Source of the DNA: a virus
IMG/VR virus record: IMGVR_UViG_3300037461_000275
Coordinates: 1 to 36,474 of that record
Strand: one strand, 5' to 3'
DNA length: 36,474 nucleotides
Positions 16,023-24,596 of this stretch are shown one piece after another. Within the stretch, counting starts at the first letter, position 1. Every line of letters begins with the position of its first letter. The notes beneath the pieces were generated by a model. That model saw only the letters and a list, made by a program, of their open reading frames with translations, did not search any database and was not told where the DNA came from. The translations under genes were made by a program, and so were the position numbers.

Positions 16023-18029
16023 TCACAGCTCCAGATACAGGTTATCATTCAGCCGCTTGAGCAGCCGGCCCCTTGTGGACATGACGATTTCCGGCGAAAG
16101 AAGGTCGTGCGCGGCGTCCTGGACGGCCAGCGTATGCGCCTGGGTTAAGACCGGCGACTCGCTGGCCAGCGCATGCGCGGCGTTATTCACGCTCAGAACC
16201 AGAGTCAGGCCGACATTCTCCGACGAAAGCCCATGCAGCGCGTCGGCGACGGCCAGGTAATGCGCCTGTGTCAGCACGACGCCGTCGGATCCGAGCGCAT
16301 GAACCGCGTCGTCGACGGTCAGCGTTTTATAAGGCATGACCAGGTCGATATTGTCGGACGTCAGCGCGTGCGCCGCGTCGACCACGGCCAGGACGTGAGC
16401 CTGGGCAAGAACCGGACTCCCGGACGAGAGCTCATGGACGGATCCGGCCACAGCCAGGATCTTTTGCTCGACCAGCTCCGGAGCCCCGGAAGATAGCGCG
16501 TGGGCCGCGTCAGCCGGCGACAATGTTTTGTGCTCTGTCAAGACGGCATTTTCGGAGTTGAGGTCATGGGCCGCGTTGTTTACAGCCAGCGTATGTACCT
16601 GGGATAGCGCCGGCGCCTGGGACGACAGGCCATGGACCGCCGGATTGACGGCGAGCGCATGGGCCTGGGTCAGAACCGGGGCGGCAGAGGCCAGGGCGTG
16701 CGAAGCGTCCGCCGGGACAAGCACATGCGCCTGGGTCAGGGTCACGTTCGCGGAAGCCAGGGCATGCGCCGCGCCGCCCACAGCCAAGGTCTTGTGTTCG
16801 ACGAGAGCGGGCGCCGCCGAATTCAGATCGTGCGCCGCATTTGCCGGCGACAATGTTTTGTTTTCGACCAGGGCAGGAGCGGCCGATGAAAGCGCATGAG
16901 CGGCTCCAGCCACCGTTAAAGTCTTGTGTTCGACCAGGGCAATGTTTCCCGAAGCGAGCGCATGAGCGGCGTTGGCCACCGACAATGTCTTGTGTTCAGT
17001 AAGCGCCGGCGCCGCCGATGAAAGCGCATGAGAGCAATCCGCGACGGCCAGGATAATGTTCCGGACCAGGACCGGAGACTCCGAAGCCAGGGCGTGAGAA
17101 GCGTCGGCGACGACCAGCGTTACCTCCCCGACCTCCCATGCCGCAACTGCGTCACTAAACCACACGGCGTCATCCGTGTTTTTGAAATAGGACGCCGGCA
17201 TGGGCGTAGAGACGGCAGGGCTTTCCGAAGCCAAGGCGTGAGAGGCGTCGGCGACGACCAGCGTTATGTTCTGGACAAGATCCGTGTTTCCCGAGGCGAG
17301 GGCATGAGACGCATTTGCAACGGTCAGCTGATACCAGTCCGCCCATGAAATAATGGCCCCACCGAGCGCACCATGGCCTCCCCTGCGGGATGTGGCATTA
17401 TTGCGTCCGCCACCACCACCACCCCCGCCATAAACCACACCGTTTGCGCCGTTGGCGTTTCTGGCCCCGCCAGCCCCGCCATTGCCTCCTTGATTGGCCC
17501 CGGCTGCCCCCGCTTGTGCGGTTGCATTTGCGCCTGGATTAGCGTTCCCGGCCCCGGCTCCACCACCACCGCCCACGTTTGCGGACGCACCGCCCCGATA
17601 CCCTGCACCACCAGCGTAAGAGGTAATCCCCGCGTCCGTGTTGGCCGCTCCACCAGCACCACCGACCCCGTTAGCTCCGGAGATCGACACTCGCCCAAAG
17701 ATACCGCCATTGGCCCCGACAATCGTGCTTGTGTTTCCGCCGCTATTATTATTGAAAGTTGACCCTGCACCGTTTGTCCCGTTGGCCCCTGTGCCGCCCG
17801 CACCGTTTGCCCCGATAACAACAGCATGGGTGTTACCCGCAACGAGTCCGGTAACAGTCCTGCGTGCATACGCACCACCACCTCCGCCACCACCTGTCCC
17901 ATTTGTGGCATTGATGCCGCCGCCACCGCCAGCACCGGAACCCCATATCTGTATGGTGACCTCTGTTGCCGGGCCGACAGTTGCCGGGACTGTCCAAGTC
18001 CCGTTGGCGTTGAAGGTGTTACTTCCCAT
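16023..18029 (-). CDS. Tail fibre-like protein: N-terminal Gly-rich domain plus about 18 tandem 22-aa repeats
   Basis: 668 aa. The N-terminus WTVPATVGPATEVTIQIWGSGAGGGGG... has long GGxGG runs up to about residue 225. Then come repeats of consensus AHALxSxxPxLxxxHxLxVxxA. Confidence 0.85.
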   Translation of the reverse strand: MGSNTFNANGTWTVPATVGPATEVTIQIWGSGAGGGGGINATNGTGGGGGGGAYARRTVTGLVAGNTHAVVIGANGAGGTGANGTNGAGSTFNNNSGGNTSTIVGANGGIFGRVSISGANGVGGAGGAANTDAGITSYAGGAGYRGGASANVGGGGGAGAGNANPGANATAQAGAAGANQGGNGGAGGARNANGANGVVYGGGGGGGGRNNATSRRGGHGALGGAIISWADWYQLTVANASHALASGNTDLVQNITLVVADASHALASESPAVSTPMPASYFKNTDDAVWFSDAVAAWEVGEVTLVVADASHALASESPVLVRNIILAVADCSHALSSAAPALTEHKTLSVANAAHALASGNIALVEHKTLTVAGAAHALSSAAPALVENKTLSPANAAHDLNSAAPALVEHKTLAVGGAAHALASANVTLTQAHVLVPADASHALASAAPVLTQAHALAVNPAVHGLSSQAPALSQVHTLAVNNAAHDLNSENAVLTEHKTLSPADAAHALSSGAPELVEQKILAVAGSVHELSSGSPVLAQAHVLAVVDAAHALTSDNIDLVMPYKTLTVDDAVHALGSDGVVLTQAHYLAVADALHGLSSENVGLTLVLSVNNAAHALASESPVLTQAHTLAVQDAAHDLLSPEIVMSTRGRLLKRLNDNLYLEL
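16080..17327 (-). repeat. About 18 tandem 66-bp (22-codon) repeats inside the fibre gene
   Basis: Counted units start SHALASGNTDLVQNITLVVADA, SHALASESPVLVRNIILAVADC, SHALSSAAPALTEHKTLSVANA, AHALASGNIALVEHKTLTVAGA and so on. One unit carries a ~26-aa insertion (STPMPASYFKNTDDAVWFSDAVAAWE). Confidence 0.8.
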
Positions 18030-18762
18030 TTACTCCCCACATCTTGAGGATTTCGATCATCCCCGGCTGGCGCACCATGACACCGTTAATGTCCTGATCC
18101 CACCCCATCAGCTTCTGCTCCGTGGTGCAGGTGTATTGATGCCAGAAGTAAGTGCCTGTGTCCCCTATCTTTTCCATGATGCTGAATAGCGTCACAAAAT
18201 GCAGCCCGAACCGGGCAATGTTTCTGGACAGCATGTAGTCGTCAATCAGATGGTCTCTTGTGATGACCGTGTTCAATTCGTTTTGGATCGGGAAGATGTT
18301 TTCAAGGGCCTCCTCGTAAGGAATGTCGAGGGGATGCCATAAGTCAAGACACCAGTCAGAGGCCACCGTGAACCAGTTGCAGGAGCCTATATGCCGCCCG
18401 TCCCTGCGGAAATAATTGTCATACCGCCAGCGGTTGTTTGCCATGTCCTTCCCGGTATGAAGCACCTGGTCCTTTGTGAGAAATTCGGTCACGTCAAACA
18501 GGTCCGGGTGGATCAGGGCGTCGGAATCAATGTAGATGTTCCAATCGGCCCCGATCTCCCGCGCCAGGTCATATATCTGCATCTTCTCGTAAACAGGCGC
18601 ATAGTCCGGGGATTTCCGCTCCGTGATCATGTGAATATTGGCTTTGATCTTATGGGCGTACCGCTTTATGAGCGGATATGTGAGCGCCGTGATCTCCGGC
18701 GCGAAATTATCGACGTTGAGCAGAAAGATCGCTTTTTTCATGGTCATGGCTCCATTTTCCAT
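18019..18762 (-). CDS. GT-A type glycosyltransferase (DxD)
   Basis: NIYIDSDALIHPDLFD is a DxD motif in a nucleotide-sugar transferase-like context. The start is ambiguous (ATG 18762 or MKKAIFLL at 18741). The 3' end overlaps the fibre gene start by 11 nt. Lower GC than its flanks. Confidence 0.65.
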   Translation of the reverse strand: MENGAMTMKKAIFLLNVDNFAPEITALTYPLIKRYAHKIKANIHMITERKSPDYAPVYEKMQIYDLAREIGADWNIYIDSDALIHPDLFDVTEFLTKDQVLHTGKDMANNRWRYDNYFRRDGRHIGSCNWFTVASDWCLDLWHPLDIPYEEALENIFPIQNELNTVITRDHLIDDYMLSRNIARFGLHFVTLFSIMEKIGDTGTYFWHQYTCTTEQKLMGWDQDINGVMVRQPGMIEILKMWGVNGK

Positions 18763-18766
18763 GCTT

Positions 18767-19042
18767 TCATTTTATTTTACCGTCAAAGGTCAGCTTGCCC
18801 TCTGCCTTCAGTTCAGAGATGGCGAGTTCGCGGGCTTTGGCCTGTATCAAGACCTCGGCATCAGCTTCCTTTACCTTCTCCGCTTCGTCCTGCTGAACTA
18901 ACACCCACACCGCCTCCAGGTCTTTCATCGTAGGAATCGGCCTTGTTTCAAGTTCGTGAGGTTTGATTCTGTTGTAGTCGTTCTCCCACACAACCCCTTT
19001 CCAATCGGGGTATATTTTAAGAATACAGTCGATGATGTTCAT
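18767..19042 (-). CDS. Small tail-region protein, XkdW-like (tentative)
   Basis: ILKIYPDWKGVVWENDYNRIKPHELETRPIPTMKDLEAVW resembles the PBSX XkdW N-terminal pattern. RBS GGGAGG. Confidence 0.55.
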   Translation of the reverse strand: MNIIDCILKIYPDWKGVVWENDYNRIKPHELETRPIPTMKDLEAVWVLVQQDEAEKVKEADAEVLIQAKARELAISELKAEGKLTFDGKIK

Positions 19043-19051
19043 AGAGCCTCC

Positions 19052-20005
19052 CTATGCGGCAATTTCCGTAATCTTGATCGAGGAAACAAGCGTCCCGTTC
19101 ATCAATGCGCCGCCTGATTCCTGATTGAACCGATACTGGCCTCCCGATCCATTCTGGCCGGAACGTATCTTAAATGTGGTGGCCGACGTTGTTCCCGCAA
19201 CCATCCTGTGCGTCAGAACCCGCTGTTCCAAGCTGTCCGCCGTCATAGTGCCCACCGAGGCGGCAAGCGCGTCCGCCGTATCGTCCTGAAACAATGCCAT
19301 GACAGCCCGGCCTCCCGTCCCATAAGCAAAGAACATGAGAACTTCAATAAGTAGGTAATTCGATGCAGACTTTGGCGTTATCTCCAGCGTCAGATATTCG
19401 TCCCCTTCTGTCTTTTGCGGGATGGTGTTATCGCATGGCATGGCTGTTGACCCGGATGCCGCCGATCCAGTCGACGTATAGACCACCTGTACAATCTTCC
19501 CGCCCCACGCCCATGTCGGCACACCGGAGGCGAGTTTTTGTATCTGCCCATCCGTCCCTTTGCCGAGCCTCGTCCATGCCCCGCCCGTCCGGTAGAGAAT
19601 ATCACCGTTCGCAGCAGAGCCGATCATATCAAGTATTTGTGTTATGGTCAGGTCGTCTATATTCCCCCCTGTGATTCTGCCGACGATTCTCTGCTCTGCC
19701 ACGGTGACAGCAGCGGGGGTATTATCGGAATTAGCGGCAAGGATGGTATTGGCATCAAAGAGATTCTTGATCGCGTCGTAATGCAGGATCCAGCGTTTGT
19801 CGCCGGCGTTTGTGTCCGGCGCAATGATGCCGGGCGACGCCTCCGCCGCCCCGGAGTCCGCGTCCAGGATGTAGCAGTAAACCCCCGCGTCCTGGACGAA
19901 AACGATTGCCATGTCCTTGTCGGCCAGGCCGGCCCCGTCGATTTCGTCCAGCGCGCCGGCGGCGCCACCCGTAAGGGCATACCGCCCATAGATGTTTTTC
20001 GCCAT
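19052..20005 (-). CDS. Tail fibre / receptor-binding protein candidate (317 aa)
   Basis: N-terminal YALTGGAAGALDEIDGAGLADKDMAIVF...YCYILD motif is common in phage fibre-like proteins. Beta-rich C-terminal half. RBS AAAGGGAGG. Confidence 0.7.
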   Translation of the reverse strand: MAKNIYGRYALTGGAAGALDEIDGAGLADKDMAIVFVQDAGVYCYILDADSGAAEASPGIIAPDTNAGDKRWILHYDAIKNLFDANTILAANSDNTPAAVTVAEQRIVGRITGGNIDDLTITQILDMIGSAANGDILYRTGGAWTRLGKGTDGQIQKLASGVPTWAWGGKIVQVVYTSTGSAASGSTAMPCDNTIPQKTEGDEYLTLEITPKSASNYLLIEVLMFFAYGTGGRAVMALFQDDTADALAASVGTMTADSLEQRVLTHRMVAGTTSATTFKIRSGQNGSGGQYRFNQESGGALMNGTLVSSIKITEIAA

Positions 20006-20017
20006 GTTGTCCTCCCT

Positions 20018-20401
20018 TTAGACCGGATCCGGGACGTTGATCTTCCAGGCCGGGATGGTCACGGTATTGCCCGCCGTCAGCGCTTGCAGCGTACAGGTCG
20101 TCACATACAGCAGCGCCGACGTTCCTGATTTGGACAGCGCGACATGCTGGGCGTCGCCGGAAACGTCCACCGTGATTGACGCCTCCTCGTCGACCGTCGT
20201 TTTCCGCCCGCTCGTATCGTCCGCCGGGCCGGTAAAGGTCGGCGTGGACGAAATGGCCAGCTTGTTGCCGCCGCTACCCTTGTTTGTCGTGGCCTCCGCA
20301 TAGGTCGTCGGCTGCGTTTCACACACGGAGATCCGATCGACGTTGTCCTCCAGGTATTGCAGCAAAAGATCCAGTAATGTATCGCTCGCCCATTTAGCCA
20401 T
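20018..20401 (-). CDS. Hypothetical virion-module protein (127 aa)
   Basis: Clean ORF overlapped by 8 nt with the upstream small gene. Ser/Thr-rich. Confidence 0.65.
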   Translation of the reverse strand: MAKWASDTLLDLLLQYLEDNVDRISVCETQPTTYAEATTNKGSGGNKLAISSTPTFTGPADDTSGRKTTVDEEASITVDVSGDAQHVALSKSGTSALLYVTTCTLQALTAGNTVTIPAWKINVPDPV

Positions 20402-20567
20402 TGCCCTTTCCCTCCTTGATTTTCGCCTCGATCTTGCCGATGAGGTCTTTGATCTCGATCGTGCCGTCCTGCACCTTTAGGACGACCTCATTAAACGGCA
20501 TGCGCATCATTTTTTCCATCACGCGCCGCTTTTTTTCCGCTTTTCTTTCTTCGTCCGTCATTGCCAT
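20394..20567 (-). CDS. Small protein (57 aa, MAMTDEERKAEKKRRVMEKMMRMPFNEVVLKVQDGTIEIKDLIGKIEAKIKEGKGNG), YezD/DUF2292-like core (tentative)
   Basis: Hand translation. RBS GGGAGG 6 nt upstream. EVVLKVQDGTIEIKD resembles the YezD beta-hairpin motif. Confidence 0.55.
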   Translation of the reverse strand: MAMTDEERKAEKKRRVMEKMMRMPFNEVVLKVQDGTIEIKDLIGKIEAKIKEGKGNG

Positions 20568-20579
20568 TACCTCCCTTGA

Positions 20580-20972
20580 TTAAAATATCGCGTTTGCCAG
20601 ATCATAGCTTTGCGCCGCCCTGGCCGCCCATGCCGCCGCATATCCCGACGTCCCCTTGCAGTACCGCGCCTCACCGCTTGACAGCTTCATGATGTACCAA
20701 TTCCCGGCCGCGTCGACGTAGCCGTAATAAGGGTCTGCAATGTCGGATATCATGTACCGCGACGTCGGCGGCTGCCCGCCTCCCCCGACTTCGTTCACCC
20801 ACTCCAGCGTGTCGATATCGACCACCTGGTTTCTCGTAATGAGCGCGCCGTCCTCGTCGATCGCCATGAAATAAAACCGGTCCCCCAGCGCATCGTACCC
20901 GATGATCGCTTTCGCGTCGTGGACGTTTGGAACGTACCGGCCGCCCTCGTATTTGCCCACCGGATTGCTCAT
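20580..20972 (-). CDS. Hypothetical virion-module protein (130 aa)
   Basis: ORF starts 1 nt after the stop of the gp12-like gene. Aromatic and Gly-rich. Confidence 0.65.
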   Translation of the reverse strand: MSNPVGKYEGGRYVPNVHDAKAIIGYDALGDRFYFMAIDEDGALITRNQVVDIDTLEWVNEVGGGGQPPTSRYMISDIADPYYGYVDAAGNWYIMKLSSGEARYCKGTSGYAAAWAARAAQSYDLANAIF

Positions 20973-20973
20973 A

Positions 20974-23409
20974 TCAGCGGTCCTCCGTCGTGAAGCGCGG
21001 CATGATGTTCAGTATGGTCATGGGCAGCGGTTTGTCCTGGCGGATCAGGATCCGCCCGGTTGCCGCATGGCCGCCGCGGAAAGGCTGCATGATATCGCCG
21101 GAATACAGCGGCGCCGGCTCGCCAATCGGCGTTTCCGTGTCGCGGAAGATGATCGCGTCCAGGCGGTCCGCATCCGGGCCGATCTTGCCCTGGGCCGTTC
21201 GATGGAACCGTATCACCGCCTCATGGATCCGCTTCTTTTTGCCCTGGGCCGTCCCTTCCGCCGCGCCGCCCTCCAGATCCATCGGCGACAGGTCAGAGAC
21301 ATAGGGCAGCCCGACATGGATCACCGACGCGGCCGTGTCCAGCGTGATTGCCCCGTCGGACGTGACCACCTGGTCCGGGACCGTCGCGCCGTCGGCCAGG
21401 ATCGACACCGTCTCCCCCGCCAGATGGTCCAGGCCGGAAAGGACGGTCTCCGGCGCCCCCTCGTACGACAGGCCGCAATCCACAAAAAAGGCGTCCTCCT
21501 GGTCCCCGAAATCAAAGGGCACCATCATTTCAATATAGCGGACGGCGCTGCCGTTGATCGTACGCTTGACGGACAGATAAAGATCATCCTGGGATTCCCC
21601 TGGGATCACCGCGCATGATTCGATCACGCCGTCCGTATCATGGAGCGCCCAAGCAATGACTTCCTGCTCCGGGGAGTAGGTCATGGAAAGCAGCGCGCCG
21701 TCATCCCGGACCATCCAGACAATCGGATACGGCGAGGCCATGTAAGCCCACTCGACGATCCCGCCGTCGGCAATATGTTCGGCCAGGATCGACACGTCGC
21801 GGCTTTTATAGCGATCATTCAGCAGATCGTACTGCATGGACAGGACGCGTTCGCCGTAGTTTGTCGGCTTGCCCAGGCGTTGCACATACAGCACCGACGA
21901 AAGAAAATTGACCGCCTGGATATCCGCCGATCCGTCAGGCGTTTGCGCCGCCACGCGGGCATTGTCGGCCCGCAGCGCCTCGGACGTGTTTTTCGGCCCG
22001 ATCGTCCAGGCCCCGGACACCGTCCCGATCGTCATGGTCTCCGTCGACGCCAGCCAGCGGATCGAATTGACTTTTTCCGCCTTGAGGCGGTATGTTTGCC
22101 CGTCGGCCGCCGTGTCCCCGGGCGCGAAATTCTCATAGTCCCCGACGACGGACCGCCACAGCATGAGCGGCTCGGATGCCGTCCCGGCCAGCCAAAGGGC
22201 CTGATCGTTGAACGTGATCGCTGCAGGATATCCGCGTTTGACCGAAAACGCGCCCTCCCGCCAGAACGGCGTCGGATCCGTCCCGGCCAGCTCCGTTTTG
22301 ACGGTTGCCGTGACCGAGGTTGACGTCGTGTATTCCGTGATCTCGACGTAACCCCAATCCTCGCCGCATTTTATCCGCCAGAAAGAGCCCTCATGCGCCT
22401 CCTCGAAGGTCGCCGCCGTGGCCGTCAGCGTGATGGTCCCCGTCCTGCCCGACGGCGTCAGCAGCGCCGGCGTCTCGATCTCGTAGATCTCCACCAGGTC
22501 GATGTACCAGGTCCCCGAGGATCCCGTCGCGTTTGTGAAGGCCACATAGGCGCCGGTCCCGCCGGCCGCCTCCTGCCAGAAATACTCGTACTCCGTCCAA
22601 TCGTTGTAAGGGACGGATGAAATGCTTTTTGTCGCGTTGTAACCGCTGTCGTCCCCCTTGCGGATCGATATCTTAAAGTTTTGTGTCGCCGTGTAGACGC
22701 GCACGCGCACCCGGTAGAGCTTGCCCGTTACCGTTGTGAAGGCCGTGGTCTTGACCCCTTCGCCGTCGGCATCAATGGTGAACTTGCGGGAATAGGCGCC
22801 ATGATAGGCCTGTTCATTGCTGCGCGCCTGGGTCGTCGGCGTCCCGACGGACGCCCAGCCGGTGTTTTCCTCGCAATCCCCGTCCGTACAGAGATTTCCG
22901 CCGACGTCGTCGTAAACATTCTCGTCCCGATAGGGGCCGTCCAAAAAGACAATCGGCGCGATCGTCCAATCGTCATGATCCGCGCGCGTCAGCTTTTGCG
23001 GCGGATAGTCCGGATGGACCAGGTAAAGCGTGTCGGCGTCCTGGACATATTTGATTTTTGGCAGATCCGCGACGGCATACGGCGTCGCCAGCTCGTACGG
23101 GTCCCCGGAATCGTCGACGACCAGGGCGCCGTCCTTGTAGACGCGCATATACTCGTCGCCAAACTCCAGGATATAGGCCTGGGCGACGTTGAACTCAAAC
23201 GGGAAAAGCCGGACGCGGTCCGCCGGCGTCTTTGTCTCCCCGATGAAATAAGTCCCTGGCCGGCGCTCCGCCGGGCCATGCACCAGCGGGACGAAATTTT
23301 TGCACGTCCGGCATGCGTTCGGATACTTCTCCAGGTCGACGCGCCCGTACAGGCGCGGGCTCCACTCGCCGCTGTTAAAGCTCGTTATGATCGGGGATAC
23401 CCTGGGCAT
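20974..23409 (-). CDS. Tail tubular protein B / nozzle (T7 gp12-like), 811 aa
   Basis: N-terminal ITSFNSGEWSPRLYGRVDLEKYPNACRTCKNFVPLVHGPAERRPG parallels T7 gp12 IKNLKGGISQQPDILRYPDQGSRQVNGWSSETEGLQKRPP. Follows the gp11-like gene with a TAATG overlap. Confidence 0.7.
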   Translation of the reverse strand: MPRVSPIITSFNSGEWSPRLYGRVDLEKYPNACRTCKNFVPLVHGPAERRPGTYFIGETKTPADRVRLFPFEFNVAQAYILEFGDEYMRVYKDGALVVDDSGDPYELATPYAVADLPKIKYVQDADTLYLVHPDYPPQKLTRADHDDWTIAPIVFLDGPYRDENVYDDVGGNLCTDGDCEENTGWASVGTPTTQARSNEQAYHGAYSRKFTIDADGEGVKTTAFTTVTGKLYRVRVRVYTATQNFKISIRKGDDSGYNATKSISSVPYNDWTEYEYFWQEAAGGTGAYVAFTNATGSSGTWYIDLVEIYEIETPALLTPSGRTGTITLTATAATFEEAHEGSFWRIKCGEDWGYVEITEYTTSTSVTATVKTELAGTDPTPFWREGAFSVKRGYPAAITFNDQALWLAGTASEPLMLWRSVVGDYENFAPGDTAADGQTYRLKAEKVNSIRWLASTETMTIGTVSGAWTIGPKNTSEALRADNARVAAQTPDGSADIQAVNFLSSVLYVQRLGKPTNYGERVLSMQYDLLNDRYKSRDVSILAEHIADGGIVEWAYMASPYPIVWMVRDDGALLSMTYSPEQEVIAWALHDTDGVIESCAVIPGESQDDLYLSVKRTINGSAVRYIEMMVPFDFGDQEDAFFVDCGLSYEGAPETVLSGLDHLAGETVSILADGATVPDQVVTSDGAITLDTAASVIHVGLPYVSDLSPMDLEGGAAEGTAQGKKKRIHEAVIRFHRTAQGKIGPDADRLDAIIFRDTETPIGEPAPLYSGDIMQPFRGGHAATGRILIRQDKPLPMTILNIMPRFTTEDR

Positions 23410-23963
23410 TAGTACCTCGCATCAAGATAGGTTGTTACCTCCGGATCATCCGGCGTCCCCTCCTGGGCATCCGTACAGGCCGCCTCGGCCAGCCGGAGCT
23501 GCCACAGCTTTATCATGGCTTCCGCCAGCGTCTTTGAATTCGCCATCGGATAGGCCAGGTCCCCCGCGATCCTGGCCGCCAGCGCGCCGACCAGCAGCGG
23601 ATCCATTTCCGGGACCGTGATCCGCGCGATATAGAGGATCTTCGCCGTCGCCTCGTTGCAAAGCAGCTTGACGCCCTCGACTTTGAACCGGATACCGTTG
23701 TCGCTCATGCGCACCACGCGCAGACAGTCCGAAGGAAGGCTGTAAACATAGGAAAACTCGAAGGCCGGCGTTTCGGATACCTGGGAGAGCGACGCCCGCT
23801 TTGTCGCACAATTCCAGTTGTACGACCGCAGCGTCTCATCAATGGCCGGTTGAAGAAAAACGCTGCATTTTCGCGCCGCCTCGTTTGCCCCGCTGAGGCT
23901 TGTAATCGTTTCATGGCCGACCAGCGTCAGCGCCATGTTGCATACGTCAATGCTTGATGCCAT
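23409..23963 (-). CDS. Tail tubular protein A / adaptor (T7 gp11-like), 184 aa
   Basis: ATG at 23963 (MASSIDVCNMALTLVGHETITSL...LRSYNWNCATKRASL...YSLPSDCLRV) with RBS GGGAGGGGG. The pattern resembles gp11 VNDILASIGEPPVSTL...SRGWTFN. Confidence 0.7.
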   Translation of the reverse strand: MASSIDVCNMALTLVGHETITSLSGANEAARKCSVFLQPAIDETLRSYNWNCATKRASLSQVSETPAFEFSYVYSLPSDCLRVVRMSDNGIRFKVEGVKLLCNEATAKILYIARITVPEMDPLLVGALAARIAGDLAYPMANSKTLAEAMIKLWQLRLAEAACTDAQEGTPDDPEVTTYLDARY

Positions 23964-24508
23964 TACCCCCTCCCGATGAGCAGATATGTATTGTCGGACT
24001 CGTTGAGGCTTTCGACCTCGCGCCAATGCCGGCCGATCTCCTGGATCCACCACTCCCGGGGGTGCACACTCAGGTGCAGGACCTCCCCGATATGGCGTCC
24101 CCATCCGTCCGGGACGCCGGAAATGGAGAAGAAGCAGCGGCCCGTTTTCGCACGCATGGCCGCCAGGGACGGCGCAATCCATCCGGCCGGCAGATGCTCC
24201 ATGACGTCGGAGCAAAAGCCCCACTCGCACGCCGGCAGATCCCCGGGGAGCTCATGCAGCGCGCAGCAATAAAAGCGGTCGCGCAGGGCCTCGACGTGCA
24301 TGGCGTTTGCCGCGATATCGACGAGATAAACGCCATAGCCGGCCGCCTGGAGCTTTGCCGCCGCGTCGCCCGTTCCGCAGCCGAAATCGATGACGCGGTC
24401 GCCGGACCACAGATACCGGTTTATCAGCAGATTGACGTACGAGGCGCCAGGCCCCGGGCTGTACCCCGGGACGGCGTGCATGCGTTCGTATTTTTCGCGC
24501 TCCTCCAT
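23963..24508 (-). CDS. Class I SAM-dependent methyltransferase (copy 2)
   Basis: Motif I VIDFGCGTGDAAAKL, motif II YLVDIAANA. The N-terminal PGYSPGPG is comparable with YRQGSPG of copy 1. Confidence 0.8.
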   Translation of the reverse strand: MEEREKYERMHAVPGYSPGPGASYVNLLINRYLWSGDRVIDFGCGTGDAAAKLQAAGYGVYLVDIAANAMHVEALRDRFYCCALHELPGDLPACEWGFCSDVMEHLPAGWIAPSLAAMRAKTGRCFFSISGVPDGWGRHIGEVLHLSVHPREWWIQEIGRHWREVESLNESDNTYLLIGRG

Positions 24509-24512
24509 GAAA

Positions 24513-24596
24513 TCAGCCCCACCAGCCTTTAAGAAACGCCGCTGCCAGGATCAGCATGATCAGCAGCGCATAAAAGTCGTCTCCGTGTCGTTTCAT
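24513..24596 (-). CDS. 27-aa single-TM micropeptide (MKRHGDDFYALLIMLILAAAFLKGWWG)
   Basis: Hand translation. ATGA-coupled to the upstream transferase gene. Stop lies 4 nt before the methyltransferase ATG. Paralogue of 4682..4777. Confidence 0.45.
   Translation of the reverse strand: MKRHGDDFYALLIMLILAAAFLKGWWG

Noticed and set aside
17324-18040. 238-aa alternative minus-strand frame over the Gly-rich region
   Set aside because: It overlaps the fibre gene in another frame. The fibre frame continues into the conserved 22-aa repeats and has a proper start overlapping the upstream gene.
16023-20005. A diversity-generating retroelement, looked for because some genes resemble BPP-1-like podoviruses
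   Set aside because: No reverse transcriptase, Avd-like gene or TR/VR repeat pair could be found near the fibre genes or elsewhere.
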